DNA of 63,068 nt, the filler included, from Craspedostauros australis (taxonomy: Eukaryota): the NCBI GenBank assembly GCA_030167865.1. It is 9 parts of 9 records of this genome, joined end to end, with 100 filler letters (N's around TTAATTAATTAA, not from the genome) between each part and the next. Parts side by side here need not be neighbours in the genome. Positions count along the whole stretch, not along the records: positions 52,452 to 58,646 come from JALAGF010005446.1; positions 58,747 to 63,068 come from JALAGF010005447.1; 7 more parts are not named here. One strand, written 5' to 3'. Positions within the stretch are counted from its first letter, which is position 1. Each line of letters starts with the position of its first letter. Made by a program: the position numbers and the translations under genes. Positions 56,731-63,068 of this stretch are shown piece by piece. Under the pieces are notes generated by a model, which did not search any database, was not told the origin of the DNA, and saw only the letters and a program-made list of their open reading frames with translations.

Positions 56731-57406
56731 CAAGTTTGCAGCGCAACTGGAGATTGACATGGGTTGACTTTTGACAGACAAGGCAAGCTCATAAAACGGA
56801 GAAGGAAGAATCACCAACCTACAAACCCGGGATAACAGAACAACTAACTTAGTGAACCAATTGTAGCCCCACCCGGTCTACATGAGTAACANNNNNNNNN
56901 NNNNNNNNNNNNNNNNNNNNNNNNNNNNNNNNNNNNNNNNNNNNNNNATTTGTGATGAGTGAGGCGGTACTGGCTGTCTCGCCAATCGCAAAAGCCCGCA
57001 CTGTGATACGTAAGCTCGATCCAAGTCGGCATGCGGCAACCGGCATCATCTTTCCGTTCAGCAAACGAACGCGACCACGGTTCCGATGCAATGTCAGCAC
57101 AACGATGGTACTACCAGTACGGCGTCGTCGGCGGCGGAGGGAACGAGAAACCGCCACAGAGCGTTCATCATTGATGTGGCACAGAGAACGGATTCGCAGA
57201 ACCATGTCTGTTGGAAGTAGCTATGGCAATGGTTGGGGAGAGCAGAGTGCTCTGTGGAGAGAGTTAGTGATTTTACAGTGAATTTCTCACTCTCCATTGC
57301 TGCGCCCACTGATCCGACTGCAATCCTCACATCTCAATCTCCTGACCGAGCAGCTCTCTACTTCTTAACTCCATGGTGAATGATGTCGTGATTGCGTCGT
57401 GCGGTC

Positions 57407-58645
57407 TCAAGCTGTATCTGAATGGACCATCTCCTGGGAGGTTTGCGTTTGTCCTCCACCCAGCGATTGCTCCGAGTTCATGAGGAGATGCTGAGGTCCG
57501 TGTTCAGCCAGCTTTGCTTTGTCCGCGGTTGCTGCCGTCTTGGTTGCCATCATGACAGCACAATTTTGGTGCAACACTCCGCTGACGTACGACTGTCCCA
57601 AACTCAGATGGGAGAATACGCCGCAGTGACTATTGATCGAACATTCATCGACGACGCATCCATCCGCGAAGGTGACGTAGGTCGGCTCGTAGAGGCGAAA
57701 GCCGAAGTACAGCAATCGACCTTCCACGGTGACCCCGCGAAAGCGGAGAACGCTGTTGATCATCGGTGTTCCCCAGAGCATGGGATACAGCGACCAAATA
57801 TGGACTGAGTAAGTGAACGATTGGTAGACCATGTACAGCGGCAAGCACCATGGCGTCGTTCGCTCATTGCTTCCCGCGAACGTCATCAATATGTGGACAC
57901 GCAAGAGCATGGTCCACACGATGGTCTGGATGATGACCGATAACACTACCAGTGGGACTGCCTCGAATGATGTCTGTGGCTTGACGACATTCATCCATAG
58001 CTCAAAGGCTGGGATGAAGCTGATTGCCGCAACGAGCAGCGTGACAGCGTACAGCAATGTGCTTGCCACAATGATCCCGGTCAGTTTCAAATCTGATCTG
58101 CTCTCGTTGCGCGGATCGGGCTTTGGATAAATGACGCTCTCCGTGATGTGTGTCTGCGGCGAGACCAAAGCGTTGCGGACTGTCACACCCGGCGCGCAGG
58201 TCGTCAGCATCCCGATGCTGCTGTCCTCGATCGTGACTCTCTTGTATTCGTCGTTTTCCTCGATGTGGAAGGTGACGACGGATACGAACGATCGTCGGAT
58301 GGTGATGAGGTCGACTCCGGACGGATCGAAGCTGTCCCTGAAGATCTTTGATCGCAGATCGATGTCCAATCCATGAGCCATGTGGATCAGGTTCCAAATG
58401 ATCGAATTGGTGGTCAGTCCGTCGAGCATCATGCATGCTCGGTCGAAGTGATAATCGCATGCCCAGTCTGCAAATTCACTCCAGATACCGGTCCTCGCTT
58501 GGCCCGGTCTCTTCTTGCCGATCATCACCCACTTGAGTATGATGCTGGATATCACTAGCAGCACTGATGACAGACCAATGGATACAACCCAATATTGCAG
58601 TTTGGAGTATCTCCAGTCTCGGAGGTCATCGCGGACCAAGATATC
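57407..58645 (-). CDS. C-terminal membrane/left-handed-beta-helix region of a Pls/PosA-type NRPS-like protein, partial (5' part beyond scaffold end)
   Basis: TM pairs alternate with hexapeptide-like segments: ILKWVMIGKKRPG..IWS, VDLITIRRSFV, VTIEDSSIG...PGVTVRNALV, LWGTPMINSVLRFRGVTVEG..EPTYVTFADGCVV..INSH. Confidence 0.68.
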   Translation of the reverse strand, partial: DILVRDDLRDWRYSKLQYWVVSIGLSSVLLVISSIILKWVMIGKKRPGQARTGIWSEFADWACDYHFDRACMMLDGLTTNSIIWNLIHMAHGLDIDLRSKIFRDSFDPSGVDLITIRRSFVSVVTFHIEENDEYKRVTIEDSSIGMLTTCAPGVTVRNALVSPQTHITESVIYPKPDPRNESRSDLKLTGIIVASTLLYAVTLLVAAISFIPAFELWMNVVKPQTSFEAVPLVVLSVIIQTIVWTMLLRVHILMTFAGSNERTTPWCLPLYMVYQSFTYSVHIWSLYPMLWGTPMINSVLRFRGVTVEGRLLYFGFRLYEPTYVTFADGCVVDECSINSHCGVFSHLSLGQSYVSGVLHQNCAVMMATKTAATADKAKLAEHGPQHLLMNSEQSLGGGQTQTSQEMVHSDTA

Positions 58646-58746
58646 GNNNNNNNNNNNNNNNNNNNNNNNNNNNNNNNNNNNNNNNNNNNNTTAATTAATT
58701 AANNNNNNNNNNNNNNNNNNNNNNNNNNNNNNNNNNNNNNNNNNNN

Positions 58747-61700
58747 CGGAGCGAGAGGTCCTTCGTGGCCGATGATGCCTTGGAATCCCCATACTCCGTC
58801 TTCGTCGTCTTCGTTGCGTTCGAGCTGCTGCTCGATGATGTCGGACAGCTGGACGTAGGAGATGAGTTCGTTGGTGGCTCCATCGTCGAAGGCGAGCAAC
58901 ATCTTGATTCGCTGGTGGTTCGCAGCATCTGCATCGTTGACGCGTTGGATGACTTCGGCCTTGACTCTCTGTCCGTCGCGGTCGTACAGGAAGGTCTTGC
59001 CGATGAGATCCTCTGGTGTGAATCGAGGGATGGAGACTCTTGCCATGTCCGCCGTTCCAGGATCGGACTCCGCAGAAGCGAAAAGAACGGCGTCTCCGAG
59101 GGAATGTACAACTGGTTGCATTCCTTCAGGCACTGGGACGTCGTCGTCAAGCTCCCCATCATCAGGTGGGTTCGTGTCCGAGACGTCTTCCTCCCCAACG
59201 TCGGCCAGGGGAAAGTCGACACGCAGGTTGCGGGAGCCGTGTTCGTCGGCGGCACGGATCGAGGATCGAGGATCGAGGGAGGAGTTGTTGGGTGTCATCG
59301 TCCAACACCCAGAAGGTCAGTTCGTCACCCTTGTGGAGGCAGGGTCCGGCCCACCTCCCCTTTCGTTCCTTGGACTGGCTGGGAAAGCCAGGTTTCTCAA
59401 CGCGGTAGTATACCGGCTGCCACCATCGGTAGGCAAGGAACTTGCTCACATCGGGACGGTGTCCGTAGGCTGCCTGCATCGGCGTGACGTTACCTACCGT
59501 GCGCTGAGCCAAGTGGTTGAATAGCACAATGACATACATGGTGCAGATGAGCCAGAAGCGAGCAGGTGTGCCCGTCCTATCCATGATGCCGTTTGTCATG
59601 CGCTTGATGTCTTGGATACGCCTCTCTGCGGCGTTCTGGTGCTGGTACTCCGGCTCGCTCTGATGGTCAGCGATGGAGTACTGTCGGAGGATGTCTTGCA
59701 CCTTGAATCCGATCTCGGATTTCGCGTTATCNNNNNNNNNNNNNNNNNNNNNNNNNNNNNNNNNNNNNNNNNNNNNNNNNNGAAAAGAACGGCGTCTCCA
59801 AGGGAATGGACAACTGGTTGCATTCCATCAGGCACTGGGACGTCGTCTTCAAGCTCCCCATCATCAGGTGGGTTCGTTTCCGAGCCGTCTTCCTCCCCAA
59901 CGTCGGCCAGGGGAAAGTCAACACGCAGGTTGCGGGAGCCGTGTTCGTCGGCTGCACGGATCGAGGATCGTGGGAGGAGCTGTTGGGTGTCATCGTCCAA
60001 CACCCAGAAGGTCAGTTCGTCACCCTTGTGGAGGCAGGGTCCGGCCCATCTCCCCTTTCGCTCCNNNNNNNNNNNNNNNNNNNNNNNNNNNNNNNNNNNN
60101 NNNNNNNNNNNNNNNNNNNNNNNNNNNNNNNNNNNNNNTGCTCACATCGGGACGGTGTCCGTAGGCTGCCTGCATCAGTGTGACGTTACCTGCTGTGCGT
60201 TGAGCCAAGTGGTTGAAGAGCACAATGACATACATGGTGCATATGAGCCAGAAGCGAGCAGGTGTGCCCGTCCTGTCCATGATGCCGTTCGTCATACGCT
60301 TGATGTCTTGGATACGCCTCTCTGCGGCGTTCTGGTGCTGGTGCTCCGGCTCGCTCTGATGATCAGCGATGGAGTACTGTCGGAGGATGTCTTGTACCTT
60401 GAATCCGATCTCGGATTTCGCGTTATCGGACATCAGGAGGTCAGGAGCTCCATGACGCCGGATGAAGTCTTGGAGAGTGGAAGCGACTTGCTTCTCTGAT
60501 GTCATGGGGAATCCTGCGGTGAAGCGAGAATCCACGGCCACATATACTTGCATCATCGTGCTGCCACCATGGCCTGGCACACCATCGTCGTGTGCAGGTG
60601 TGTCAGAGAACAACGTGTCCATGGCAACGGTCTCATGGAGTCTGTCCACGTTCGCGGCAGGGAATCTGGTCTTGAAGTGCTTCCTCATTGTGAACCGCTC
60701 TGAGGTGCGGTACCATTGGGACGTGCACTTGAGAGTGTCTTGGACTCTTCTGGCCGGGATCCATCCGAAGTACGGGCGGAGGGCCTCATAGTCGATCTTC
60801 GGCTTCACGCGAGCGATAGCTCCCTGCTGTGGGGCACCGGTCTCACTGGTGAACACTTCGATGGAGTCCGGTGAGTGGACGCCGTCGTCTGGGGCACCAT
60901 CGGAGATCTCGTCCAGCAAAGTGAACTCGTGGTCGAGAGTGGATGGGTCCCACTCTTCGTCTGCAGTGAAATCCACGTGAGGGTACGTGTCAATCTCCTT
61001 GCGTGTGGGAGGTCTCATGTCCATGTAGGACAGGCCCTGTCTGATAGAGAGAGGGATCACATGCCCATCAGGCACGATGATTGTCTGTCTCCCTCCGGGG
61101 AGTTCGCGAGGACGCTCGTTGACATCGAGACCGAAGGCACCGAGCTGATTCGTCGAGTGAATCGTCTTGCCCTTTCCATAGAGGGCGTATTGGTGGAACT
61201 TCGCGATGATAGGTCCCTCGGTGGACATGACGAGTCCAGCGACCGTTCCGATGTCCAGATTGACGATTGCGGTGTCTCCAATTCCGCTGATGTCGGCGGT
61301 ATGGTTGGTACGGCTGATGATAGTCACATCATCGCCTGCCAATCATCCATTCGCACCGCTGTCGATCAGGGAACCGGACTTCGCAACATTGGTCTTGTTG
61401 AAGCTGTATTGCAGGACTGTGGCCTGCACAGCACGGTAGATCTTGCCCTGGATGGTGACTTCGTCGGAAGTGTTGGTGTTGGTCGTGGCATTGGCCAACA
61501 TGCGCTTGATGGCATCGCCAGGAAGGTTGTCAGAACCGGCGTTGCCGGAGGTTGAGGTGGACTTGGTTTGCCCACCACCCCCATTGCCAGTGGTGGATGT
61601 CTTGTTGGCCTGTCTGTTCGATGCATCCCTGGTGTACTTGGGGTCCCAAGTACCCTTGGACTGCATGTGGGCCTTCTTCTGATCCCAGGTCATTTGTTTC

Positions 61701-62868
61701 CATTCGTTGTCTGGGATTCGCTTGTTTGTGCTCTTGTTCTTGGATTGGTTGGTCTTGTTCTCGTTGTTGCTTGTGTCCTTGCTTGTGTTGTTGACCCTAC
61801 GCTTGGTCTTGTTGCGTGGGACGCGCAGGTCGTTATGTTGTGCGGATCTGCGCACAACACCAAGGAAGGCATCAAAGTCCAGCCTGAAGTCGGTCTTTCC
61901 TGTCGCCAATGCCAAGTTGCTCTGGAGAGCATTGGCGTCGTCAAGGGAACGGAAGAGGTCAGCATCAGGGGTGATGGCCTCCTTGAGCCACTGGAGCTTC
62001 CAGTCCTCAGAGACAGGTGCATCCTGAATCTCTTCAAGGTCGTTGATCTTGCTGAGCCAGCTGTTCACGAAGGCTTCGCGGCTGCCGTTCCAGGAGTGGT
62101 TCAGCTTGAGGTTCCGGATCTCCTCTTGGATCAGCTGAGCCTTGTTGNNNNNNNNNNNNNNNNNNNNNNNNNNNNNNNNNNNNNNNNNNNNNNNNNNNNN
62201 NNNNNNNNNNNNNNNNNNNNNNNNNNNNNNNNNNNNNNNNNNNNNNNNNNNNNNNNNNNNNNNNNNNNNNNNNNNNNNNNNNNNNNNNNNNNNNNTCGGG
62301 AGGTACTCGGTGTCCACGACGTTCTTCACACCGTGCGCTGCAGCGGTGGCTCGGAGACGTCGGTCGAAGACCATGAACTAGTCATCGCTCTTCAGGATCG
62401 GATAGTCGCTGAGGTTCCGTTTGATGCCCTTGTCGAAGGCAGCGGCTCCATCAGAGACAGGTTCAGGTGGTGGTGGTGGTGTCACCATGGACGACATGGT
62501 GGGTNNNNNNNNNNNNNNNNNNNNNNNNNNNNNNNNNNNNNNNNNNNNNNNNNNNNNNNNNNNNNNNNNNNNNNNNNNNNNNNNNNNNNNNNNNNNNNNN
62601 NNNNNNNNNNNNNNNNNNNNNNNNNNNNNNNNNNNNNNNNNNNNNNNNNNNNNNNNNNNNNNNNNNNNNNNNNNNNNNNNNNNNNNNNNNNNNNNNNNNN
62701 NNNNNNNNNNNNNNNNNNNNNNNNNNNNNNNNNNNNNNNNNNNNNNNNNNNNNNNNNNNNNNNNNNNNNNNNNNNNNNNNNNNNNNNNNNNNNNNNNNAG
62801 TCGTCGGAGATACCCACGGCCTTGAGGACGTGGTTCAGGATGGTGATGGGGTCGGTGGGTTCTGTCAT
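58747..62868 (-). mobile_element. Ty1/copia (CoDi-like) gag-pol fragment, same family as 33222..36722, with nonsense mutations
   Basis: Gag start MTEPTDPITILNHVL at 62868; SLIDSGANG*LAG (TGA at 61343-61345); integrase VAMDTLF / LMSDNA / AAERRIQ; TAG near 62380. Confidence 0.92.
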
Positions 62869-62870
62869 CT

Positions 62871-62970
62871 TGTTCGGTTCGTTACGGAGAAGCGGATACG
62901 CTGTGCTCGGTATGTTCGTTTGTTCGGTTCGTCACGGAGAAGCGGATACGCTGTGCTCGGTGTATTCGTG
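62871..62970. repeat. 50-bp tandem duplication in the retrotransposon leader upstream of gag
   Basis: tgttcggttcgt.acggagaagcggatacgctgtgctcggt at 62871 and 62921. Confidence 0.9.
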
Positions 62971-63068
62971 TGCGCTGCCTTGGAAGGCTCTTGTTGTTGT
63001 TCGGTTCCTGCTTCACGTCGTCACGTGATGCAGTTGGTTCGTTGCTGATGGGATCAGCTCGGTGGGTT

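Larger units (their letters stand above)
25707..58702. other. Artificial scaffold-joining linkers N..TTAATTAATTAA..N at 25707, 28708, 33166, 36767, 38441, 39794, 52396 and 58691
   Basis: An identical 12-mer with stops in all six frames, each copy embedded in N runs of similar length. Confidence 0.97.

Noticed and set aside
25707..58702. Recurrent TTAATTAATTAA as a biological motif or piggyBac TTAA sites
   Set aside because: It is always embedded in N runs: an artificial six-frame-stop linker. Gene neighbourhoods across these joins were therefore not interpreted.
24365..60240. Direct duplications either side of N gaps (e.g. 24365/24715, 31584/31714, 32087/32402, 35742/36129, 37257/37748, 43858/44287, 59082/59783)
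   Set aside because: Typical unmerged contig overlaps, haplotypes or collapsed repeat copies, not demonstrable tandem duplications.
61343..61345. TGA between gag and pol as programmed readthrough
   Set aside because: It lies inside the protease motif where the sister copy has Gly (GANGGLAG), so it is a GGA-to-TGA-type nonsense mutation.

Overview
Eukaryotic genomic DNA, most likely from a diatom (stramenopile). Evidence: GT-AG introns, bipartite plastid/periplastid-type leaders, a DUF6824-like domain and CoDi-like Ty1/copia elements. Bases 1-~23,000 are a gap-free, gene-dense block: an alpha/beta-hydrolase-fold protein; a divergent, signal-peptide-bearing 20S proteasome beta6 subunit; two tandem PLOD-type glycosyltransferase-like paralogues; CLPTM1; a fused tunnel-type RNA triphosphatase-guanylyltransferase capping enzyme head-to-head with GCN5; a CBS-PTC7 phosphatase fusion; a DUF6824-like/3xPDZ protein; and tRNA-Val(CAC). 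From ~23 kb the sequence is gappy. From 25.7 kb it is a concatenation of unrelated scaffolds joined by N..TTAATTAATTAA..N linkers, so adjacency across linkers means nothing. That part is mostly mobile DNA: copia gag-pol fragments, solo LTRs with 6-bp TSDs, a TIR DNA transposon and a foldback-like element with 20-bp arrays. It also holds partial host genes (ankyrin, multipass membrane, GST-like, and a Pls/PosA-type NRPS terminal domain). Top leads: a copia element whose PBS is complementary to its own LTR (self-priming geometry), the Pls/PosA-like NRPS fragment, the TTM-GTase capping fusion, the CBS-PTC7 fusion, the putative periplastid proteasome subunit and the array-flanked foldback element. 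All family calls come from motif recognition by eye; no database searches were run.
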